Origin: Octopus bimaculoides
Taxonomy: Eukaryota
Assembly: GCF_001194135.2 (NCBI RefSeq)
Contig: NC_068981.1
Location: 109,775,344 to 109,816,818 of the forward strand
Length of the DNA: 41,475 bases
Direction of reading: 5' to 3'
Part shown: positions 12,142-21,644 of the stretch, in pieces
Position numbering within the stretch: position 1 is the stretch's first letter
How the letters are laid out: every line of letters starts with the position of its first letter
Notes under the pieces: model-generated
What the model was told of the DNA's origin: nothing
Database searches by the model: none
What the model saw: the letters and a program-made list of their open reading frames with translations, nothing else
Program-made: the position numbers and the translations under genes

Positions 12142-13313
12142 GGATCTATTCCATCTCAATCACAGATTTTTAATTAATTTTTTTAACTAAACAGTTTGAA
12201 ACTTTGAATACTTGTAGAATTTCTCATGTAGAACACAGTTTACTCTGAACGTTTTTGAGGAAATTTCCTATGTTAGAAGTTATTTTGTGTTCAAGTTGTC
12301 GTATTTGGGTAATTTCAACCAATCAATGACGTGTATTCAGTTGAAGAAAGCTACTGGTGTTTGCGATAGTAATCAAAGAGGAACAACTTCCGGGTCATCT
12401 CTATTAAATGTCACCACTCTGTACTATTCATCACCTTTATCCTTCCTTCCTTTTTAGTCAGCACCACGGATTCCTTACTCTTTCCCTCCCTTATACACTA
12501 TCAACTAGCAACCAGCGAGCAAACTTGTCACTGCCACTACAATTACCGTATTTTCCGGTGTATAATCTGCTATTTTTGTTTTACCTTCATGTTTCAATAA
12601 TGTTATTTTTAATCTAATGAAGACTTTTATATTTATTTCTTTATTGCCCACAAGAGGCTAGACAGAGAGGAGACAAACGAAGACAGACAAAGGGATTAAG
12701 CTGATTACATTGACCCTAGTGCATAACTGGTACTTATTTAATCGACCCCAAAAGGATGAAAGGCAAAGTCGACTTCGGCGAAATTTGCATTCAGAACGTA
12801 ACGGCAGACAAAGTACAGCTAAGCATTTTGCCTGGTGTGCTAACATTTCTGCCAGCTCGTCGCCTTGATAAAGACTTTTATATTGACAAAATGTGTTCGT
12901 TGTTGATTATAATAAGATAAAATCATGACAATAATAATACATCTCATAGTTGTAAAATAAGACATTTTGAAACTACATATATGTCAACGACAAAAAGCTA
13001 GCTGTGGGCTCATTGCTCTATGGCGTTGATTCTTCGAACAGAGTGGTGACATTTAGTAGAGATGACCTGGAAGTTGTTCCTCTTTGATTACTATCGCAAA
13101 CAGCAGTAGCTTTCTTCAACCGAATATACGTTGTTGATTGGTTGAAATTACCCAAATACGACTAACATGAAATAACTTCTAAAATAGGAAATTTTGTCAA
13201 AAACATTCAGAGAAAACTGTTCTACGTGAGAAATTCTACCAGTATTCAAAGTTTCAAACCGTTTAATTAAAAAAAATTAATTAAAAAATCTGTGATTGAG
13301 ATGGAATAGATCC
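12142..13313. mobile_element. Non-autonomous long-TIR DNA element (MITE/foldback-like), unclassified
   Basis: Left arm 12142-12422 (ggatctattccatctcaatcacag...) is the reverse complement of right arm 13038-13313 (...ctgtgattgagatggaatagatcc); about 280-bp arms; no clear TSD and no coding content. Confidence 0.9.
12634..12870 (-). mobile_element. Full-length tRNA-derived SINE with Meta/MESC-like central domain and 14-bp TSD
   Basis: Head GGCGACGAGCTGGCAGAAATGTTAG (A-box-like); centre GTCGACTTTGCCTTTCATCCTTTTGGGGTCGATTAAATAAGTACCAG; A-rich tail; flanking direct repeat aagacttttatatt at 12620-12633 and 12871-12884. Confidence 0.9.
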
Positions 13314-13499
13314 TCAGAAAGTAAGTGAATTGCACTTCATTCCTCATACTACATAAAGGAAAGTACACAAACCAAAAATAAAAACAAACTTCTGTGTGTG
13401 TATAAAGTACAAATTAGAAACTAACTATAGTGAAGAAAAAGTTTTAGAAAGTAGGAAAAAAAAGTACAAAACTAAAAATAGAAGATTAAATTAAACACA

Positions 13500-14100
13500 T
13501 AATTTCAAAAATTACTGAAAAATGGTGAGGAAAACCTCTTGACAAGATTTAACAGGAGGGAAGTATATCAACATGAAAGTCAACAATGATTCTAAAGCTC
13601 TGGATTAAAGGCAGAAATAGAAGATCTCTGGCCATAAAATAACTATACTAATAAAATAATGAAAGACAGCAACATCAGCTTCATTCTATGCAATCAACAC
13701 AGAGATAAAACTGACCACATCATTTCTAGCTGTTAAATCCTTTTGAAGTCTGAAATATATCGACAAACATGACCAGAGTAAGAAACTGTGTTTACTATAC
13801 AATATGGTGACACATCAAAATAAAAAAAAAACAAATCAAGAATAGGTTGTATAAACATGTATAAAACTAATTTGTGACAATGGCTAATCAGACTGACAAG
13901 GAAATCGAAGTAAACCATTATAAAAAAAAATATGAATGAAAATCTAAATAATCATAATTGGGGTACTGAGTATGATAAAGAAATTCATAAAAAAAAAAAA
14001 TTTTAAGAAAACCATGATCGGATTACAACTTCAAACACAGTCTTAGAAATAGTGCTACAAAGCTCAGCACAGCCAACACAAGACTCTTCAAATTTGATAG
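13500..14100 (+). mobile_element. Highly decayed R4/Dong-like element, C-terminal zinc knuckle / restriction-like endonuclease region
   Basis: Fragments SSGLKAEIED, ILCNQHRDKTDHIISSC*ILLKSE/YIDKHD, QTDKEIEVNH and IIIGVLSMIKK resemble R4/Dong C-termini; many indels. Confidence 0.6.
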
Positions 14101-14539
14101 TACAATTCATATAATGTACTATCTTCCCAATAATTTTCCAGTACTATAACACAAATGACACACCAAATTGATATGTATCTACTCAATCATCACCTATACT
14201 TATAATACAACACCTACCCCTCTTCAGATATCTGAGTAAATGTACATTCCTTAGGATATTGAGTACTCTCCACATCTACAATTACACCCCTATCCCTCTC
14301 TCAAATACTCATTTCTGACCTTTCTGTCATTGTTGGTCCCTCTCCCTCTCACCTTCCACTTCAACCTACACATATTGTGTACTCTCTAAATTTACATTTA
14401 CTATGTTCAAGCCAACTCCCCTCCACTGTCTATTCTCAGTGTCAAGTGATTGGCTAAATGATCAGAGAAAGTGTAGAGTTATGAGGTCTCTCCCTCTGGT
14501 CCTGACTTATTGAGGACTGTTCAATCTGTCTCGCATTGG

Positions 14540-14730
14540 TGCTTTGAGAAAATGCATGCAGTACACTGTGAAGTGATTGGCATTAAGAAGGCTATTCAGC
14601 TGTAGAGACCAAGCTAAATGACACATAGTCCTTAGGAGCCATAGCTCCCAATGGGAAGTGACTTGCACTGACAACCCACTCAACCCATGTCAGCATGGAA
14701 AGTGTGGATATGAAATGATGACAATGATGA
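14540..14730 (+). mobile_element. Diverged RTE-tail SINE copy
   Basis: gtgattggcattaagaaggctattcagctgtagagacc...aacccatgtcagcatggaaagtgtggatatgaaatgatga. Confidence 0.7.
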
Positions 14731-16589
14731 GGTCGAAACTATAAAATAGCTACAAGAAAACAGAAGCCTATGCTACATACAGTAACAACAGTGAAGAAAT
14801 GTTTATATACACCGACAATGAAGAGCAAGATGTAGAGATATTAAGGACAACAGAGGGGGAAAAAATCAGGTAAAAGTTGGGTATTGGGTGTATATGGCAT
14901 ATTTCATCTTGGATCTCATTGCTTTTGTTTATATCTGGCATCTTGGATATGAAAAAAAATCAGTGCTGGCTATAATTTCTATAGAAAATCTGTAGAGATA
15001 ACCTCAACAAGTGATTTAATAGCACTGTTAACACAGAAGAACATAGTATTGACTTATAAAAGTGTTTAATATACTTTGTAGTACATTGTGGTTGCATAAC
15101 AAAATACTGTGTCCCTACACATCATTAACACAAGAATTATAATAAAACTATCTATACATAAATACATACAAAGCACATTAATTGTAAAATATGAGTGATA
15201 TTGTATGCACATGAAGCAAATGGTGGTGAGTCTGGTGATAATCTTTTCTTTATTGGCCACATGCAATGCTAGGAAACAATAATAATGATTTCATTTATTT
15301 GCTACAAGGGCAATGCATGAGAGGATACAAGGACAAATTTCAAAAATGCAAGTTTACAGAGAACCAATTATTTAAGAAAAAAAAAAAACCTTATAAAAAA
15401 AGCAACACCAAAAGTATATAAAAGGGTTGAGATAACCCTGTAATTTCTTAGACAGAAGGTCACAAATGTTGTGGGGGATGGGTGTAGTTGATTACAACAA
15501 CTCTAGTATTTATTGATCTTGGAAGTATGAAAGACAGAACATAAAAGACTTGACTAAATACTGCAAGGCACTTTCTGTGTAACTCTATTGATTCTACCAT
15601 CTAAAATCATACTACTATAACTACTATTATTAGTACTACTAACAATAATGATCATCATAATAATAATAGCTATGACAATGCATTCAGTCAATAATATCAG
15701 TCATTTGATAAATTAGCTGAGGTAAGTACTTGGGAATAAAAAACTAAAACTTTGAAAGATGAAGGTAATTGCAATTCTAGTAATAACCAAAGCAGAAAGG
15801 TAGCACAATATTTACAAAATATAAAAAAATTATTATTACAGGCATTGCTTGCGTTTTTCATAGAATATTGTCTCCATGATAATCTTATCAGATGACATTG
15901 TATGTACTTTATTGGATATGCTATTTTTTCTGCCTTGTTTCTTGCATATGTAATCTGTAACATTCTGATTATAGTTTCTCTTAACCTATGTCTTCGAATG
16001 ATAACATGTCAAGTAATGAATACAAATAATGATTGAAAGTGAGGAAAAAAAAAAATAAAAGAAATGTTAAAGAAGAACATGTTTCAATATTTGACACACA
16101 TCACATATCATCTAAACAAGATCATAAAAATAGCAATTATGGAAACAAAATGTTTGACATGACAAACAAGGAAAAAAAATTACAATTACAACAATGAAAA
16201 CAAAAAATATAATCATTAAAATAACAAAGCAATGAGAACACAACACTGGTGGTAATTGCAATAGTATAATAAAAGAAATTCCACAAACAACAGCATAATA
16301 AACACAACAGTTTACGAGCAAAGGAGCAACAAAGGAAAACAACCCCAAGATGAAATGCTTATTAAAATTCTTCAGTGTAACAACATCAGAGATAGCTCTT
16401 ATACACATCAAAACTAAATTAAACTAATGAATTTTTAAAGAAAATTCTTATATATGGTTATGGGGTTCACTGTTGTAATTTCATTAAAGGTTCCCATATG
16501 ACACTCATCTTTATGCTATGATGATTCCTTCAGTAGTCTTATCTCACTCTGTTTTTCACAATCTAGTATTTTGACAGTGTTATACAGTG

Positions 16590-16710
16590 GCCCTTTTCTG
16601 TCCTGGCACATTGGGGCAAGTGACTTTCACAATAGTTTTAGGTTGACCTGTACATTGTGAGAGAAATCTAACAGGACATAAACTATATGGAAGACCACAT
16701 TGTATATGTA
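16590..16710 (+). mobile_element. Degenerate CORE-type SINE fragment followed by (CA)n/(TG)n
   Basis: gcacattggggcaagtgactttcacaatag resembles the CORE motif (ccttgggcaagtg). Confidence 0.5.
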
Positions 16711-16954
16711 CACACACACACACACACATGTATTTGTGTGTGTATGTGCTTTTCAGTGTGTCTTCATATACATACCATGTGGATAACACTGACATCTGTT
16801 TTTATCCCACATAAACAATTTGTCCTGCAGCTTAGTGATCCAACATGTAAAGATCAGTGAAATAAAGTACTTTACTTGAAAATAATTCAGAGTTGGCATC
16901 AAGAAGAACAAGTAGAATACTGCTCCAAGAAGACTCATCTAACCTTGCCTGTAG

Positions 16955-17600
16955 GGTAAAAGCGACCTGGGATGAGGTGGTGAAGCACGACCTTCGAACT
17001 TTAGGCCTCACTGAGGCAATGACCAGTGACTGGGACCTTTTGGAAATATGCAGTACGTGAGAAGACCCGACAAGGCAAGTGAGACCATAATCTGTGATCT
17101 CTGCCAGAAGTGTAGCCAGCTCACTAATCCGTATCTTTACTTCATTGGACACTAAAAATCCTGCTTGTGAAGACTTATTGAGGCAAGTGAATTTGGAATT
17201 TGAAATTTGAAATCGAAATCGAACTGAATCCGACGACTGGCACCCATTCCAACCTCTCCTTCATTGGACACTAAACTCTGCTTGCGAAGACCTGTTGGGG
17301 CAAGTGAAATTGTAACTGAACCATACTCGATGAGTGGTCACTGCGCCAGTGGAGCACTAACAGCACTGTCGAGTGTGTTCATTGCCAGAGCAGCTGTCTG
17401 GCTTCCGTGCTAGTGGCCCGTAAATAGCATCATTAGAGCGTAATCGTTACCAGCATTGCCTTCTAGCACTTGTGCTGGTGGCATGTTAGAAAATCAGTCG
17501 AGCGAGGTCGTTGCCAGTTCTGTTGGACTGGCTCCCGTGCAGGTGGCACGTAAAAGCACCCACTACACTCTCGGAGTGGTTGGCGTTAGGAAAGGCATCC
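16955..17600 (+). mobile_element. RTE LINE 3' end (ORF C-terminus plus 3' UTR), running into an N-gap; tail reappears at 18138-18165
   Basis: Encodes TWDEVVKHDLRTLGLTEAMTSD; UTR ends gtggttggcgttaggaaaggcatcc; CpG-rich, so relatively young. Confidence 0.85.
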
Positions 17601-18137
17601 NNNNNNNNNNNNNNNNNNNNNNNNNNNNNNNNNNNNNNNNNNNNNNNNNNNNNNNNNNNNNNNNNNNNNNNNNNNNNNNNNNNNNNNNNNNNNNNNNNNN
17701 NNNNNNNNNNNNNNNNNNNNNNNNNNNNNNNNNNNNNNNNNNNNNNNNNNNNNNNNNNNNNNNNNNNNNNNNNNNNNNNNNNNNNNNNNNNNNNNNNNNN
17801 NNNNNNNNNNNNNNNNNNNNNNNNNNNNNNNNNNNNNNNNNNNNNNNNNNNNNNNNNNNNNNNNNNNNNNNNNNNNNNNNNNNNNNNNNNNNNNNNNNNN
17901 NNNNNNNNNNNNNNNNNNNNNNNNNNNNNNNNNNNNNNNNNNNNNNNNNNNNNNNNNNNNNNNNNNNNNNNNNNNNNNNNNNNNNNNNNNNNNNNNNNNN
18001 NNNNNNNNNNNNNNNNNNNNNNNNNNNNNNNNNNNNNNNNNNNNNNNNNNNNNNNNNNNNNNNNNNNNNNNNNNNNNNNNNNNNNNNNNNNNNNNNNNNN
18101 NNNNNNNNNNNNNNNNNNNNNNNNNNNNNNNNNNNNN
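17601..18137. other. Assembly gap (537 N)
   Basis: Run of N. Confidence 1.
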
Positions 18138-18249
18138 ATCCATGCTAGCATGGAAAAACAGATATAAAAATGAACAAATGAATAAATATATATATAGTCT
18201 ATAAATACATTTCATCCAGAACTGTTTTATGTGACTCTATTTAATTAAT

Positions 18250-19430
18250 TCCGTACAAGTAGGGATTCACTGAGGATCAATCCTCAGCCCCCTCTTGTTC
18301 TTCATAGTCCTCCAGGTAATAATGGAGGAATTTAAGATGGGTTGCCCCTGGGAGCTCCTCTATGCTGATGACCTTGTTCTTATAGCTGAATCCCTACCAG
18401 AACTACTGGGCATGGAAGAAGGTCTAGAACCAAAGAGCTTTAGAGTTAATCTAGTAAAAACCAGTCTTAGTAGGTAGGAGATCAGACAAATTACAAATCC
18501 CCTCTGGTAGATGGCCCTGCTTGATCTCTAGAAAAGGCATAGGTAGTAACTCCATAAAATGTACCTGGTGTAAGCTATAGACACATAAGAGGTGCAGCAA
18601 TATCAGAGAAAGGTTAACAGGGAAAATAGTTTTTGTGTATGGAAGGTGCACAGGTACAATAAACACTAAAAATGTATAGAAAATAGACTCCATATTCAGT
18701 GGGGAAAACCAGAAGTAGTTGACAGCTTTTGTTACCTAGGTGAATGAGTCAGTAGTGGAGGGGGATGTTTTGAAAGCATAGCTGCTAGAATAAGAATAGG
18801 CTGGGTAAAATTCAGAGAGCTCCTACCTTTGTTGGTAACAAAAGGTTTCTCCCTCAGAATGAAAGACAGACTGTATGATGCCTGTGTATGAACAGCCATG
18901 CTACATGGTAGTGAAACATGGGCTGTGACAGCTGAGGACATGCGAAGGCTTGAAGGAAATGAAGCTAGTATGCTTCGCTGGATGTACAATGTCAGCGTGC
19001 ATGTACGACAGAGTGTAAGCATCTTGGAAGAAAAGTTGGACATAAGAGGCATCAGATGTGGTGTGTAAGAGAGACAAATGCACTGGTATGGTCATGTGGT
19101 GCATATGGACGAGGACAGCTGTGTGAAGAAGTGCCGGTCTCTAACGGTGGAGGGAACCGGTAGAAGAGGTAGACTCAGGAAGACATGGGAGGAAGTGATG
19201 AAGCATGATCTTTGGACGTTGGGCCTCATGGAGGTAAAAGTGACTGAAACCTTTGGTGATATGCTGTGCTTGAGAAGACTCACCAAGTCATGTGAAATCG
19301 CATTCATGGCTAATGCCAGTGTTGTGTAACTGGCACTTATGCCAGTGGCACATAAAAAGCACTCTTCAAATATTGGGTGATATGCTGTGTTTGAGAAGAC
19401 CCAATGAGCCAAGTGAAATTTAAGTGGAGA
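18250..19430 (+). mobile_element. RTE LINE, 5'-truncated, with PHD finger inside RT
   Basis: GSILSPLLFFIVLQVIMEEFKMGCPWELLYADDLVLIAES...SGRWPCLISRKGIGSNSIKCTWCKL*THKRC...GRC...VVDSFCYLG...MLHGSETWAV...WYGHVVHM; stops and frameshifts. Confidence 0.92.
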
Positions 19431-19494
19431 AAATACAAGCTTCAAACAACCAATATGAAGGCCTCAACAATCTACATAATCTGCATAAAATCAT

Positions 19495-19798
19495 CAACAT
19501 CATCATCATCGTTTAACGTCCGCCTTCCATGCTAGCATGGGTTGGACGATTTGACTGAGGACTGGTGAAACCGGATGGCAACACCAGGCTCCAATCTAAT
19601 TTGGCAGAGTTTCTACAGCTGGATGCCCTTCCTAACGCCAACCACTCAGAGAGTGTAGTGGGTGCTTTTACGTGTCACCCGCACGAAGTCGGCCACGCTC
19701 GAAATGGTGTCTTTTATGTGCCACCCGCACAAGAGCCAGTCCAGGGGCACTGGCAACGATCTCACTCGAAAACCCTACAAAAGCCAGTCAGGCGGTAT
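19495..19798 (-). mobile_element. Young RTE/SINE 3' tail on the minus strand, leading into the 62-bp array
   Basis: (cat)n cgtttaacgtccgccttccatgctagcatggg...ggatgcccttcctaacgccaaccactc; near-identical inverted copy of 17542-17600. Confidence 0.85.
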
Positions 19799-20581
19799 NN
19801 NNNNNNNNNNNNNNNNNNNNNNNNNNNNNNNNNNNNNNNNNNNNNNNNNNNNNNNNNNNNNNNNNNNNNNNNNNNNNNNNNNNNNNNNNNNNNNNNNNNN
19901 NNNNNNNNNNNNNNNNNNNNNNNNNNNNNNNNNNNNNNNNNNNNNNNNNNNNNNNNNNNNNNNNNNNNNNNNNNNNNNNNNNNNNNNNNNNNNNNNNNNN
20001 NNNNNNNNNNNNNNNNNNNNNNNNNNNNNNNNNNNNNNNNNNNNNNNNNNNNNNNNNNNNNNNNNNNNNNNNNNNNNNNNNNNNNNNNNNNNNNNNNNNN
20101 NNNNNNNNNNNNNNNNNNNNNNNNNNNNNNNNNNNNNNNNNNNNNNNNNNNNNNNNNNNNNNNNNNNNNNNNNNNNNNNNNNNNNNNNNNNNNNNNNNNN
20201 NNNNNNNNNNNNNNNNNNNNNNNNNNNNNNNNNNNNNNNNNNNNNNNNNNNNNNNNNNNNNNNNNNNNNNNNNNNNNNNNNNNNNNNNNNNNNNNNNNNN
20301 NNNNNNNNNNNNNNNNNNNNNNNNNNNNNNNNNNNNNNNNNNNNNNNNNNNNNNNNNNNNNNNNNNNNNNNNNNNNNNNNNNNNNNNNNNNNNNNNNNNN
20401 NNNNNNNNNNNNNNNNNNNNNNNNNNNNNNNNNNNNNNNNNNNNNNNNNNNNNNNNNNNNNNNNNNNNNNNNNNNNNNNNNNNNNNNNNNNNNNNNNNNN
20501 NNNNNNNNNNNNNNNNNNNNNNNNNNNNNNNNNNNNNNNNNNNNNNNNNNNNNNNNNNNNNNNNNNNNNNNNNNNNNNNNN
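19799..20581. other. Assembly gap (783 N)
   Basis: Run of N. Confidence 1.
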
Positions 20582-20838
20582 TGAGCCAGTCCAGGGGCAC
20601 TGGCAACGATCCCGCTCGAAAGATTTCACGCGTCACCCGCACAAGAGCCAGCCCAGGGGCACTGGCAACGAACTCGCTCGAAAGATATCATGTGTTGCCC
20701 GCACATGAGCCAGTCCAGGGGCACTGGCAACGATCCCGCTCGAAAGATTTCATGCGTCACCCGCACATGAGCCAGTCCAGGGGCACCGGCAGCGATCTCG
20801 CTCGAAAAAAAAACCTCATGTGTCACCCGCACAAGAGC
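20582..20838. repeat. 62-bp GC-rich minisatellite (about 4 visible units, one more at ~19715-19770 before the gap)
   Basis: Unit tgagccagtccaggggcactggcaacgatcccgctcgaaagatttcacgcgtcacccgcaca starts at 20582, 20644, 20706 and 20768. Confidence 0.92.
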
Positions 20839-21114
20839 GAAAAACAAAATACACTGTAATTGTCAGACAGATAGAAGACAACATAAAAATGACAAGTGCA
20901 ATAGCAAAAGTAAGCTAACAAGGGAACTTCTACAAGGTTATTTGCCCAGCTAGAAATTAACTAAATTTTCTTAAAATCACAGCCTAATATCTTTGAAAAA
21001 ATGGGATCACTTTTGATCATAGGTCTTCTCAGTCAAGTCTGGCCTGAGACTAAAGAACAAAAACAAGAAAGGTAAACTTTAGAAAAAATTATATAAAAGC
21101 ATAAAATCACCTAC

Positions 21115-21180
21115 CTGTCTCCACATATCATTAGCAATAGATGGTTTACTCAAAAGTTGAGATATTACTGTGCAAAGAAC
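21115..21180 (-). CDS. NUP188: NUP188 exon, 66 nt, phase 0-0: VLCTVISQLLSKPSIANDMWRQ
   Basis: ttcaattttcag|GTT...CAG|gtaggt; matches human DIIDTACEVLADPSLPELFWGT (22 aa). Confidence 0.9.
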
Positions 21181-21554
21181 CTGAAAATTGAATTTAAAAA
21201 CAAATTTTCACTTGTAGTTTTATCACATTATGTTCTAAACATCTCCGCCTAGACTATAGAATCAAGGCAAAAATGTGTTTTTAAAGTGTGGAATTTGGCT
21301 ACTCATTTTTTAAATGACAGCAGAGAATGAAGAAAATTATTACGCAGTTGTTTGCATTTTTATTTTCACAATTACTTCTTATATAAAAAGGATAGAAAAC
21401 AAAATGAATATATATTGCTGTTGGCCATCATTAACTATCTAATTTGCTAACTAAATAACATTCAGTGCAACAAACATATTTTGTAACTTTAATTGTTATG
21501 AGGTTATAAAAACAAAAAAGGAAAAAAGAAAAAAAGGAAAGAAAAGTGTCTTAC

Positions 21555-21644
21555 CTCTACGCCACCTACAGTGTCTTCCTGAAACTGATCAAGTAATGTA
21601 CAGAGGAGGGTATATACAGTACAGTATGCAACTGATGAAACAAC
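21555..21644 (-). CDS. NUP188: NUP188 exon, 90 nt, phase 0-0: VVSSVAYCTVYTLLCTLLDQFQEDTVGGVE
   Basis: tgttgcatcaccag|GTT...GAG|gtaaga; same 30-aa length as human CTTSTACMCVYGLLSFVLTSLELHTLGNQQ. Confidence 0.9.

Noticed and set aside
20582-20838. CRISPR-like appearance of the 62-bp array (conserved block plus variable block)
   Set aside because: The variable parts are homologous to each other rather than unique spacers, there are no cas genes, the context is a eukaryotic intron, and the unit derives from an RTE 3' UTR.
17456-20859. Long ORFs of 209-395 aa in the ORF track
   Set aside because: Artefacts of N-gaps translated as X.
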